DNA of 64,000 nt from Octopus sinensis (lineage: Eukaryota), in the NCBI RefSeq assembly GCF_006345805.1, contig NC_042998.1, positions 12,958,001 to 13,022,000 on the forward strand, read 5' to 3'. This document shows, one piece after another, positions 42,465 through 54,806 of this stretch (positions are counted from its first letter, which is position 1; every line of letters starts with the position of its first letter). The position numbers and the translations under genes were made by a program. Under the pieces are notes generated by a model. That model worked only from the letters and a program-made list of their open reading frames with translations, did no database searches and was not told the DNA's origin.

Positions 42465-42505
42465 TGAATTGTATGTATATATATATATATATGCATGCAT
42501 TGTAT

Positions 42506-42546
<41 letters not shown>

Positions 42547-42547
42547 T

Positions 42548-42587
<40 letters not shown>

Positions 42588-42650
42588 TGAATTGTATGTA
42601 TATATGTATATACATATATATATATGCATGCATTGTATGTATGTGTATAT
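42060..42650. repeat. (TA)n-based complex mini/microsatellite with recurring gcatgca(g/t)tgta units
   Basis: Direct inspection. Confidence 0.95.
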
Positions 42651-43452
42651 ATAAGTTATTTGAGAGGGTTTCTCTAAAATTCCTCCTTTGATTTATTCTA
42701 TGCACTGTGTATCTGTACATAAGTTCATATGGTCATTATACTCATATATGTAATTGCTCAATAAATATTATCTTAATATCCGTAATGCAGTTAACTCTAA
42801 ACCTCGATATAAATTTCAAAAATATATTATGTTCGGTAGTTAAATTTTGATAATTATCTAATATTTCCTGCTAGTATGAGCATAAAAATTTCATTATCTC
42901 ACATTATACGACTTAGATACATATACTTATTCTGAACATCTCTTGAGTATCTAAAATTCAATAATTTATAATATATCTCCAAATTTTTATATTGTATGCC
43001 ATAATCTAAACTTTATTGGGAATTTAATATTCTATTGATACCTAATTGTGGCCTGTTCAAATTTCTAAAATATAACCAAATAATAAATAATTTTATAAAG
43101 GACATATCTAAATATAATGTCATTAGGAATTATAAGCTATCACAAACAGTATACAAGTTCATTCTCTTCTCAGTCAAATCGTTATTATACAGGAAACATA
43201 ATCTATATTTTCATGGCAAAATAGAGGCAATAGGAAGTGTCACATTAGCATCACGTTGTAATATGTGCATGCGAAAGTGTAATGACCATTATGTAAAATG
43301 TCTTTGCTCCGATTTTGATTTAAAATATCGTAACTAAACTCTCTGTGGAATTCAATTTAAAAAGAAAATAATATGCTAATATCCCAAAATAGGTGTGCAT
43401 TTACTGATGTATACCCATACGTATACATATATGTACACACACACACATATAT

Positions 43453-43496
<44 letters not shown>

Positions 43497-43891
43497 TATG
43501 TATGTATATGGAAAAATCAAGATAGAAAATGCTAAAAACATTTTATAAAAAACATTTCAGTTCCGGTTTCAGACATTAATACTTTTTCAACTGTAAGTAT
43601 GGAAATCAATTAAATTTTGGAAATGTTAGAAGAAAAGTTTTTTAAAAGAATATTTGCATAGTGTTCAAATACAAGTGGCATTTTCCTTGTTTCTACTTGT
43701 TTATGTCTCTCTTGTTTACTCTTGTGGGTTCGAACACGAACCCACGAGCAGAGAGTAACGCTTCTATAAAGCTAAGAGACAATCAGATTATACGATACAC
43801 ACTGACCAAATTTATGCAATTTTGCCTAGTTCATGGTGTTTTATGGTTGAATTGTGACTTGAATTAAACTATTTTCCTAATTTGTCTGCAG

Positions 43892-43912
43892 AGTTTTATT
43901 TTGGATTTTTCC
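43892..43912 (+). CDS. Candidate 21-nt micro-exon
   Basis: Strong acceptor ttttcctaatttgtctgcag and donor C|gtaagt; open in all three frames. Confidence 0.35.
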
Positions 43913-45333
43913 GTAAGTATGGTTGTCAGAAGCTAATCATTGACAAAACGTGTGCATCCAGATCAAGAAAGATTAAAACAATATTGATACGAATTTAACC
44001 ACCATGATATAAAGAAATGTGTAAAATACTGTCAAAACTAATGTATATTTTACCGTTTGCATTAGAAAAACACCCGCAAATATATCTTGTAATAAATACC
44101 GAAAGGCTTTCTTGTCACCTAATATGTATGCATTAAATTAAACAAGTTTTTAAAACATAAAACAATTAGCCTTTTTACTTTTCTAAAAGTCTTACCTATA
44201 CCTTGCCTTCGGAATTTCCTAAACTATTGCAAGTCGAGCGGCAAATATCTCATAAACTTTTTCCTGAAAAATTGTGTAGCTTACATAGAATTCTAGTAAA
44301 ATAAAACTTAATTATATTTGAGCAATTACGTTAATTATCAGTCTCAAAGAGAACTTATAGAATATAAATTTTGTGAAAGCTTTCCTCCAGCTCTTCACAT
44401 ATAATTTTTTTTTTGTTCGAGTTGACAATGACATTCTCTTTTATGATAAAAATAACTTTTCTGAGATAATCAACTTATATAAAATAACACTCCTATTTCC
44501 AATTTTTGATCGATTTAATGCTGATATATAACAAAATCATCATAAGAAAACTAACGCAGAATGCATTCAGTAATTAGTTCTGCTTCTATTATTGTGATCA
44601 TTATACGTTTCAAAAGGGTGCTCAGTACTTTGTTTGATATCTAAGCTGTGGCATCTATTACATGTCCCTTAAAATTTATTTACATTATTGATACCAGCAC
44701 AAAATACCTTGATATAGATAACATTTGAATTAAAAACACAATGCAAAACTGCAACATACACATGGAATGATGAATGCCTAGCTTACAAACTCTCGCAGAA
44801 TAAACTAATTGTTTATACGCTATCTATATCTAATTTAGACTACGTATTTCCATTTCCTTTCAAATTTCTCTCAAGTGGATGGCATTCAGAAGCTGCTTAT
44901 ATAGCGAAATGCATATCGTTTAATCTCGTGATCAGTTCGGGGGCAATTTCGTTTAGCTTAATTTTGATGTATTTTTAACATCATAATAATTGCGAGGAGA
45001 TTACTGGAAAAAAGACCGCAGCTTTTTGCTTTTAAATATCACATGCACGTTAAGTATGAAATCTATCTATCTACCTACCGATAGCTAGCTATTGTTTTTT
45101 TACTTGCTTCACTCATTAAACTACGGCCATACAAACTGCACCTGGTATTTATTCCTGCAGTATCGCTTCAGGAACCGGTTGGTTACGGGAACGGGAAAAC
45201 CCTGACAGCAGTTTCAAGTGTGGTGGGAACACACACACACACACAACAAACAATACATAAATATATATATGTGTGTGTATATATATATAATGCCACTTGT
45301 ATATATATATATATATACACACACATATATATG

Positions 45334-45373
<40 letters not shown>

Positions 45374-45537
45374 GTGACGTATATTTGCCATCTCAATATG
45401 GCTACCCCTAAGGGTGGATGCTACTGTAGTTTTTAGCCCCAGGAGGACACACTCCTCCAGCTGGCCATAGACACACTTTCTGTGTCCTGTCAGTATTTGC
45501 AAAGGGAAGTCATCCTTCCCGTCTTCAACTTATGATA

Positions 45538-45582
45538 CACACGGACTCGAGTTTCGAGGTATTGACCTCTCGTCAGCGTGTG
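45538..45582 (-). ncRNA. Minimal type I hammerhead ribozyme, copy 1
   Basis: CACACG-CUGACGA-GAGGU(CAAU)ACCUC-GAAA-CUCGAG-UC|CGUGUG: 6-bp stem I, 5-bp stem II, palindromic stem III (ACUCGAGU), GUC triplet; cleavage predicted between 45544 and 45543. Confidence 0.92.
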
Positions 45583-45889
45583 ACAATCATAGTTGTCGGC
45601 GAGAATTAGATTTCCTTCACAAATACTTATACTTTTTCCAGCGTCCACTGTCGCTGATATTGAAAAAGTGAAATCAAACAATGATAAATATCAAAGTGAG
45701 TTATATACAGTAGCGGTAACACATCGTGACGTATATTTGCCATCTCAATATGGCTACCCCTAAGGGTGGATGCTACTGTAGTTTTTAGCCCCAGGAGGAC
45801 ACACTCCTCCAGCTGGCCATAGACACACTTTCTGTGTCCTGTCAGTATTTGCAAAGGGAAGTCATCCTTCCCGTCTTCAACTTATGATA

Positions 45890-45934
45890 CACACGGACTC
45901 GAGTTTCGAGGTATTGACCTCTCGTCAGCGTGTG
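45890..45934 (-). ncRNA. Minimal type I hammerhead ribozyme, copy 2
   Basis: Identical to 45538-45582; cleavage predicted between 45896 and 45895. Confidence 0.92.
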
Positions 45935-46234
45935 ACAATCATAGTTGTCGGCGAGAATTAGATTTCCTTCACAAATACTTATACTTTTTCCAGCGTCCAC
46001 TGTCGCTGATATTGAAAAAGTGAAATCAAACAATGATAAATATCAAAGTGAGTTATATACAGTAGCGGTAACACATCGTGACGTATATATATATATATAT
46101 ATATATAATGGTGTCATTGAGACCCAAAGATGTCAGGTAATGCTGAGTAAGTGCTGTGGACAGACCATATTTAAGTTCCAGATTTGCTAATATTGCGAAT
46201 AAAGTGTTCAACCTTGGTTATATGCCAGCGTGTG

Positions 46235-46372
46235 TATATAAGAATTATTTTTTGCGTAATTAGATAAAAGACCAAGGCAGTATAGATATTAGAGCATTTA
46301 TAGATAGAAGGTCTGATATACATATACAGCCTTGGCTTTTGTTTATTTTATTACGCAAAAAATTCTTATATA
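46235..46372. repeat. Imperfect inverted repeat, ~50-bp arms
   Basis: aagaattattttttgcgtaat...ccaaggcagtata pairs with tatacagccttgg...attacgcaaaaaattctt. Confidence 0.75.
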
Positions 46373-47220
46373 TATATATATATATCGAGACGGATAGAAA
46401 TATAGGAAAAATAGAAGTTGAAAATGCACTGCGAATAGATAAAATATTTTTTTATTAATATATTTAAAATTTTAACCGGTTTCACAGTTTACGCTGATTT
46501 TCAAAACGTTCAAATAGAAAGACGTGTCCTATGTCGCAGCTGTTTTTCTTCTGACTAGTGTTTCAAGCTTACCCTATTTTTATAGGGAGTTCATAGCTCA
46601 AATTAGTAGAGGATAGTCACATGACTGGTCCTAGAAATTTTTGTAGCTTCACCACTACGTCCGTATGTTAGCATCAATTGACAAAGTTCGTTGTCGTAAT
46701 TTAAGGCTGACACCGTTGACTAAACATGTCCCAACAATCAATGCTCTGAAGGTTTTCTGTCGAGTGTTTCTAGAGAACAAACACATGATGAAATTTATAA
46801 CTTTTTGTACGTTTTCTGCTACGTTCGTTCGTTAACGTCACGTGACAGTATATTTTGTGCCTAAAAATATAGCCGACACGGTCGAGTGCACACGTTTAGC
46901 TAAAATCAAGGCACTCTAAATTTAATCTATCGTGTGGGAGAGTGGGCAAGAGCGGTTTGCATGTAGATCAGTAGCTGAGGTTGAGGCTGTTATTTGTGCA
47001 GCATCCTCAAGATAATTGACAGAATGAATTTCGTGTGTGAATATTTATTTCTGTATGTACCCTGTTAATCTTTGTTAAGTCTTGGTTTGTAGTTTTGTAC
47101 GAAAGTATTTTCTTTGTTTATGAAGTGCCTTGATTATCACTAAACATGTTAAATTCAAATTTTCTTCTAAATTATTCTAATATTCCTACTTTTAATGGGA
47201 ATCTAAATACATGTTATTAA

Positions 47221-47599
47221 TAGTTATCGACAAGCTAATACGGCAGTTCAGAAATATAGGACGAATGCTGCCGTTAATTAGCTCCAAGAGGCCATCACTT
47301 CTAGCTAGCTATGTGGCAGACGAACCTGTGTCCATAGGTAAATAATCCTTCGAACAGACGGTGAGTAGCGACGCCTGCTGAGTTCGGCTGCTCTAGATTG
47401 TTAAAGGGCAAATACTCTGAAACTAGTCTGTTGATGCCTGACCAGCAAGGGGAAGCGGCTGACCTCCTCTGTTCGAAGTGTATAATGGACATAGGTTCGT
47501 GTGTCACATTGCTAGCTAGAGGCGATGGCTTCTTGGAGCTAATCAACGGCAGCATTCGTCCTATATTTCTGGACTGCCATATTAGCTTGGCGATAACTA
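47221..47599. mobile_element. Non-autonomous DNA transposon/MITE with ~135-bp TIRs, TAG..CTA termini and TTAA flanks (Academ-like?)
   Basis: TTAA|TAGTTATCG...CGATAACTA|TTAA; arms 47221-47358 and 47468-47599 align with scattered mismatches; superfamily is inferred. Confidence 0.75.
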
Positions 47600-48124
47600 T
47601 TAATATCCAGTACCGCTGCTGTAGCCTCCTCTAGAGAGACTTATAAATATTAATATTTCTAAAATACATGTTATTTTGTTATAATTAAATACTATTTATC
47701 ATAGTCATGACAAACACTCATTTATCTAACTTACTTGACACTTTCCCTTTCAACATTTCCTATTTTAACTATAATGCCGCTTCTCTTCAGCTGTTATATA
47801 ATATTTCAACAAACTGTGCCATCCATCATTGCAGATTACTGGGGATATATTTTATCAGAGATTCGATTCGTATAGTTACGTTGAAAAAATATTAAGTCAG
47901 TTCATATGGCAGTATATGCATTTGTATAATTTCAAATAACTAAACAATTAAATGAAATATAATAATATTTAAGAAGATCTTTGGTGAATGTCTATTCTGA
48001 AATTGCTTCCATCAGGTAGCAAATGTTATACTTCTTTTTGTAATAACGGCGAATATGTCTGTTTAAATTGAAACGTATTTATTTAAAATGTTAACGTTAC
48101 TGTAAGTGTATTTGCAGTGAATAT

Positions 48125-48132
48125 CTTTTGCG

Positions 48133-48166
<34 letters not shown>

Positions 48167-48412
48167 TGTGTATATGTGTGTGTGTATATGTATATGTGTG
48201 TGTATGTATATATATATGTATATGTGTGTGTATGTATGTATATGTATATGTGTGTGTATGTATATATATGTATATGTGTGTGTGTATGTATGTATATGTA
48301 TGTGTGGTGTGTATGTATATATGTGTGTGTGTATGTATATGTGTGTGTATGCATATATATATATATGTATATATATGCGTATATATATATGTGTGTATGT
48401 ATGTATATATCT
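48125..48412. repeat. (CA)n plus degenerate (TG/TA) microsatellite
   Basis: Direct inspection. Confidence 0.9.
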
Positions 48413-49267
48413 AGAAGAATATCTTCCTCAGATAGTTTGAACATATTTTATACGTTTCATATTGGCTATTAAATTAATTATTCCGCAGGTATCTGAAAAG
48501 GATTTGCTAAAAATATATGTAATATGTACCCAAAAGGATGGGCTTATAATCTTATAAATGGATAAGCACATGTAAGAATGCACTCCTTGGTAAACCAAAG
48601 AGCTGTTCTACATGCTAATCTAACAGCGACTAACAGTAACATCATCGTCAACAACTCGTTATTCTCGAGATTTACTTGGCAATATATGTAACTACTTTAT
48701 TTACCTAAGTTAGTGGCGTTTGTGGAAACAGAACGTTGTATGAATTTTCCTTCTCTAATTACGTTGTGCGAAAGAGAAATTGTTAAAAAAAAATTCATGT
48801 GCATCTAGCACGAAGATAAAGATAACAATGGGAAAAGCATTAGTATTTACGGAATAAATTCGTAAATTGAAGCTCATTAGGGAACATAGATTTTGATAAA
48901 TTTATTTTAGAATTCCGTGCAAACAGATTCTTAATGATGCATTAGAAGAAAATTAATTGATTGCTTTAATATTTCGATATCTCGAAATCGATGCTTTCAG
49001 TGAAATCTAAACAAGAGTGTTCGTATTTCAAAAAATGAGGCGGAGAATTAAGCGTACGCATAGAAGAGTACGCATACATTTGCTGCTTTCCTCTTTATAA
49101 TACTAAAAGAAATGCACGCACATGCACACACACTCATACACACACACACACACGCATGCACACACACACACACACACACAGACACTTTCACAAAGAAAGA
49201 GATAGGTGGATGATTATGTACATATATACGTACATATACATACACAAATCCATATATATATAACCCC

Positions 49268-49325
<58 letters not shown>

Positions 49326-49560
49326 ATTTGTGGGTGCGTGTGTGTGTGTGTGTGTCTGTCTGTCTGTGAGTGTGTGTATAAGCATATATTAGTTGTTACA
49401 AGATGCAATCATACTGAGAATTTGCGGGAAAGTAGTGAAATATAGACACAATGTTTCTGAGTGTTGGAATGTAGGGGAATTCTTTATAATTCTAGACTAT
49501 ATTTCCGTGTGCGTCTGTGCGTTAGTGTATGCGTGTCTGTGTGTGTCTGTGCATAGTTAT

Positions 49561-49712
49561 AGAAAAAGCAAAAGACGAAGACAGGTGCATGAACATCAAG
49601 AAAGTGTGTTAGTTTGACGCTCGGGAAAATAAAAGAATCTTTTACGTTTCGAGCCCACGCCCTTGAACGGAAAAGGATTAAGAGAAAATAAACAGGGAGA
49701 GAATGAAAAGAA
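49561..49712 (-). mobile_element. Short dispersed repeat with a degenerate hammerhead-like core (family of 59450-59623)
   Basis: Reverse complement contains gggcgtgggctcgaaacgtaaaaga...cccgagcgtcaaactaa...cacctgtcttcgtcttttg. Confidence 0.65.
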
Positions 49713-49739
49713 ACTTGTAGATTTCAGCTGTCCAGTACT

Positions 49740-50690
49740 CTTTGTACTTTTAGCAGCTCTCCTCATCCACATACCAGCACTACTCGGATTACTACTGAGG
49801 CACATCTTCCACATATTGCACATATTCTGTTGCAGAAAATAGCCACATCATAATTTACCATAGGTCGATTCCTGTGAGTTCTTTGATGGGTGACCAGGCC
49901 AGCACGACTGAAGCACTTCCTTCCACAAATCACACACACAAAAAGCAACACTCTTTCATTCTCCCCAGGTTCATTCCTTCTAAGCCTTCTCATAATCTTC
50001 TCGTGTTTCCTTCTCTCTCCCTCAAAGCTTGAACAACCACTGTGTACTCTCTTCCTCCATCCATCTCAGTCTTGTACCTCCCTCTCCCAATCAACAACTG
50101 AAATCTTGTCAGAGTAATTCTGAGGCGGTCCTTGAATCTCATCTTGGGTTTATGTTCTGGTCTTCTACCATCTTCCAGCTCATCATACGTAAGTTGCTTG
50201 GGAAGTCTTTCATTATTAATTCTTACCAGATATCCACCGCACTTTAACAGCATTGCAGATTCATTGTTTATACACTTCTACTACCGCTTCTCTCAGTACC
50301 TCTATATCACTAATGGCCATTTTCCAATTTATCCCAAGATTTTTTCATAAACAATACTGAAGATATCGTTCCAAATGCCTTCAATGCCTACATTAAGCAA
50401 CCCAGGTCTGACATTCATTTGGCAAAGATGCCCGGATGCATGTGTTATAAACTCGAAGTTTAATTTGGAAAGATATACTACAGTGTGACCATAGGTCCAT
50501 GTCAAGCTTACCAAAGACAATACTAGCCTTGCTGATTCTATATGAAATTTCATCAAGAACAGCAGTGCTCAATGTACTTGCTAAATAAATGAATATGACC
50601 ATTCAGTTATAGAGGATTCGATGTAAAGCTTAGAAGGGACAGGCTGGTATATTGAAACAATTTCTTCAAGTTGATTGTAGGCCCATATAT
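49740..50690 (-). mobile_element. Decayed RTE (BovB-like) LINE 3' fragment
   Basis: [51 protein letters not shown]-terminal CVICGRKCFSRAGLVTHQRTH zinc finger. Confidence 0.85.
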
Positions 50691-50785
50691 GTATGTATAT
50701 ATATATTATGTGTGTTTGGGTACGCATACACACACAGACATATATATTTATATACATACATACATACCTACATACATATATATAT

Positions 50786-50870
<85 letters not shown>

Positions 50871-52093
50871 GTATGCATATATATGTGTACATACAGACAT
50901 ACATAAATATATCCAATGCATGTTCATACACGAGACACTACTGAACAAGTAGAAGGGCGTGTACATTTTTATCTTGCATATATTTGATAATTTTTTCTCT
51001 ATGGTATTACAGATTTACATGCAAATGTTTATTTGAAACCGTTGCCAGTTGATAACACATTCGTTTATATGTAAAGAAGTTATAAACAATTTGAAATATT
51101 TTTCACATCTCTATATTTTCTAATAAAATTATATTGTTTCCTTTATACTTTGAAAACTATAATATATAAAATTTAAATTAGAAATTTCATATAAATTATC
51201 ATTATGGAAAAAAAAATATTCAACTGTTTACATTGATTTTTTTTTTTGTTTCAAAATACAGAAATTATCGCAAATGATTTTAGATAAATCTCTTTTATTG
51301 CAATGCATTAATTTCTATTAAATATTTTAATTGAAAATAACAATATCAGAAACAAGAAGTATCAGACAAATATTGCAAATATCCATTCATATTTCATTTA
51401 AATGAATTATTTGTTATTTTTTTTCTAAACATGGATAAAAAGATTAATAAATTGCTTTCTTGATTTTCAGATGTAATGAAATTTTAACTTCAAACTATTT
51501 TCTTATTAGCTGTGTGAGATACAAAAACTGAAGAAAAACGATTAAGAATAATAGCTCTATCAATATTCTGAGGAAAACAATAGTTAAAATAATAATATTT
51601 ATAAAATATGGCTGCCAGAAATAAATTTATGTGCGATTTGATATTCGGAATTAAAATTAATCATCAAGTCCTAAAAATTCAAATTTAATTCATAATTTCT
51701 CAAATAATACTTTAAGCAATTCATGGTATGTGAAGCCTTCATGAGAGTTGGTCACCTCATTGTACTGTTAAACTCTGGATACGCTTTGGAACAGGGACGT
51801 CCTGGCAAACAGAACCCAACTGATTGTGTTGATAAAAGCCACGTAAGACAGCAAAAGATCGGAGTTATGCTCCGAGGAACTCTTTTTGACACCCATCACT
51901 ACGTAGTGCATGTAAACGACATCTCAGATATATTAAAACACAGTAATAAAAATCGCTTTTGACTCAATCCTTTATCAACATATGCAAACGCAAATCCAAG
52001 CAGAACTCCAACGTAATCCAAGTTATAAATCAATAGGCGAGTAGAAACATGTTTCTAAATGAAGAAAACAAATGTACTTCCGAAAAGGAAATA

Positions 52094-53133
52094 TCAGGTC
52101 ATCCCATAAGTTCTGTCCGAATTTTGAATAAAGAAAACAAGTGATCAAATTTTATATTTAATTGAAATTTAATCATCAATGTACCAAATGATTCTGTAAA
52201 CTACGAAACAAATGGTAGTCTGAAGGTCGGGAGTTAAGGTGGATGAGGAATTTTTTACCAACCAAGCTCTTCGATCTTCTCTGATGTGATATTTGCAGTG
52301 TGGGGTCGCGTATTGTCTTGATGATACATCGTTCCTTTTCGATTCACTAAAGCGGGTCTTTTTTTTTTTCTTCAAAGCCTGGTTCAAACGCTGTAATTGC
52401 TGACAGTTGACTTGAGCATTGATTGTTGCATTAGGTGGTAACAATTCAAAGTGAATTACTACTTTGGAATCCCACCAAATAGAGAGAAGAACCTTTTTCA
52501 CATGAAGTTCCCTTCTCAGGGAACTGTTTACGACGTTTAACATTTCGATAGAAGATCCATTTTTCGTCACCAGTCACAAGTCTATGCAAAAAGTGTGAAA
52601 TGTGTTCGCGCGAATGGAGAGAAGAGCAGATGTCAACTTGGGATTTGCGGTTGCTTTTTGACAATTCATGAGGCATCCATTTTCCAAGTTGTTGAAGATG
52701 ACGATGAACAGTTGTATGGCTTTAACTAAGCTTTATTGCAAATTCTTCAACTGATAATGCAAGATTCTCTTTAAGTAATGCCTTCAAGGCTGAAATCTCC
52801 ACTTCTGAATTTTGTAAAACATCTTCTGCAAATCCTTTCATTCAAGCATTCTTTCCAGTAAACTGTGTGCATTTTCCGAGTCGCATCGGCTGCAGAGTTT
52901 CCTTTTTTGTACTTATAAATGTGACTCAAATGATCTTTGGATACCTCTATGTTAGAAAGGGTTTTAATCAAAGAAAGTTTAATTCTATTATACAGTAAAA
53001 TAATATTCAATTAGTTTAAATGTACACAAATGCATATAAATAATTTTAAATTCCATTAGACATTCTAAAATACTATTAAATTTCATTCAATTTAAAAAAG
53101 ATAAAATCGGACTGAACTTATGGGATAACCCGA
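52094..53133 (-). mobile_element. Defective mariner transposon
   Basis: TA flanks at 52092-52093 and 53134-53135; 27-bp TIRs with 3 mismatches; pieces KKGNSAADATRK, WMPHEL, VTGDEKWIFY, KVLLSIWWD; 1040 bp, internally deleted. Confidence 0.93.
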
Positions 53134-53211
53134 TATACTTAACATACGAAAGAATCACTTGAGTTATCAAAAAATAACAAAAATTAACAGAAGATGTTGA
53201 GAAAATACCAT

Positions 53212-53919
53212 TTGGAGCACCTATGTACTTCTCAAGATTTTTACTCACTGTTCCCCAGTGCTCCAACAATTATTACTACTATTACCATGTTTTTCAGTGA
53301 CAATAGCTTTACTTCCCAAGCTAACCTGTCAGATCTATCGACTTTCTTTCCTCCTTATCGCATACCTTGTTATCAGCTGGGCATGCTATATCTATGATCT
53401 AGCATCGTTTGCTTTCTTTCTCAGTTAACACTACATCTGGTTTCCCATTGTCTGTCTCATGGTCACACTGAATCATAAACCCCCTTACGATCTTTGCATT
53501 ACCACTTTCGATGATGCCTTCTGGTTTGTATTTGTACAACATTTTTGCTCTGTCAAGTCCATACTTGTTGCAAAGTGTCCAATGGACAATCCTTGATATG
53601 AGTCATGACTTCACTTATATTCTATCTGGGCTAGCAGAGTATATTGGCTGGTAATATGCCATACGGTTTCACCATTTTATCCACAAATTCTGCACTTATC
53701 ACTTTCTGATATGTTGTCTATTCTGTATTTGATGTAATTAGTTATGAATGCTTGCCCTTGGGCAGCACAGATTAGAGCCTGCGTTTCCGGTTTTAAATAT
53801 TTTTCCTCTGCCTATCTTATCTTCGACATCCCTATAAAATTGTCCATGTAGTCTTTTCTTTATCTGTGTATTTTCAGTTTATTCATTCACAAGTGCTTGT
53901 ACAGTGCTTTCTCTTTGCA
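53212..53919 (-). mobile_element. R4/Dong-type LINE fragment (zinc finger plus restriction-like endonuclease)
   Basis: LHGQFYRD, KPETQALICAAQ, KCRICG..ETVWHI, KPDVVLTEKESKRC.IIDIACPAD. Confidence 0.85.
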
Positions 53920-54291
53920 ATTATTGTTATTATTGCCTTTGCACACCTTCTAAAGCTGGAGATGTACTACGGTGTCAGCTCTTCACTACCAGTGAACTAG
54001 GTTAACACCGCTTAGTTTTCGAGCACCTTCTGGGGTATTCGAGTGGTTCCAAGTAGTGCTATTTTCTGCAAGTGCTCCACCCTTATTGCAGCCCCTATTT
54101 ACTGCATATACTTCTCGAGATTTTTACTCACTGTTCCCAGGGCTCCGGCAATTAAAAGTACTAGTTCCACCTTTTTCGTTGACCACAAATGCTTTACCTC
54201 CCAAGCTAACTTGTCACACCTATCGACTTTTCTTTCTTCCTTATTGCATACTTTGTTGTCAGCTGGGCATGCTATATCTATGATCCAGCAT
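53920..54291 (-). mobile_element. 5'-truncated R4/Dong-type LINE 3' end with UTR and (AAT)n tail
   Basis: CWIIDIACPADNKVCNKEERKVD...GALGTVSKNLEKY, 3' UTR, then a caataataacaataat tail. Confidence 0.85.
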
Positions 54292-54806
54292 AGTATACTA
54301 ATGGTAATAGGAATAATATAAATGCTCTGATTCAGAAATGGAGTACTATGATACAAGAGTAATTATCTCTTTTCACGATATTAATAACATATATAAATCA
54401 AAGTTTGCTCAGTTCAGCTTTATCGATTTTTATATATCATTCTACAAATCCCTAAGATGGATAGCCATGGGATTTGCTAAGATTTATTATATCGCAGCCA
54501 ATTGCAACATACTTATTATTATGCATACTAGCTTAAAATCTGATCTGTGCAAAAATCCCGACTACATTGAGAAATCCGATACAAACGGTTCGTTCAGTAT
54601 GCAAACATAATATATCGCAAGACGTAACCTCAGGCGTTATATATATATATATATGTATATATATATTACGGAGATGTACTCGCATAGCAAGTAATTTGAT
54701 CTGAGATCGTGTGCTGAAACGAAAACTATTGCAGCGTGGAAGGTGTTTATAAGCCATTTAAGAAACACACAAAAGCCGTTCGATTCACTTCAACATTTAA
54801 GTTTAA

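Larger units (their letters stand above)
45374..46088 (-). mobile_element. Putative non-LTR retrozyme: exact tandem dimer of a 352-bp hammerhead-bearing unit
   Basis: Units 45374-45725 and 45726-46077 are identical by eye, plus 11 nt of a third; flanked by (TA)n; one canonical hammerhead per unit. Confidence 0.8.

Noticed and set aside
42003-42720. Long ORFs rich in I/Y/C/V/H/T (here and at 5277, 20081, 33452, 48097, 59311, 62982 and others)
   Set aside because: Translations of (TA)n, (TG)n and (CA)n microsatellites, which lack stops in some frames
43555-43595. Hammerhead-like remnant on the - strand (also 46470-46508 and 48965-49010)
   Set aside because: The CUGANGA core and/or stems are too degenerate to call as ribozymes
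45490-45681. 63-aa ORF repeated at 45842..46033
   Set aside because: It overlaps the hammerhead, would be cut by self-cleavage, and has no recognisable motif; the duplication just reflects the tandem unit
45374-46088. Second hammerhead on the + strand (viroid-like, both polarities)
   Set aside because: Only CTGATAT...GAAA without closing stems was found; no valid fold
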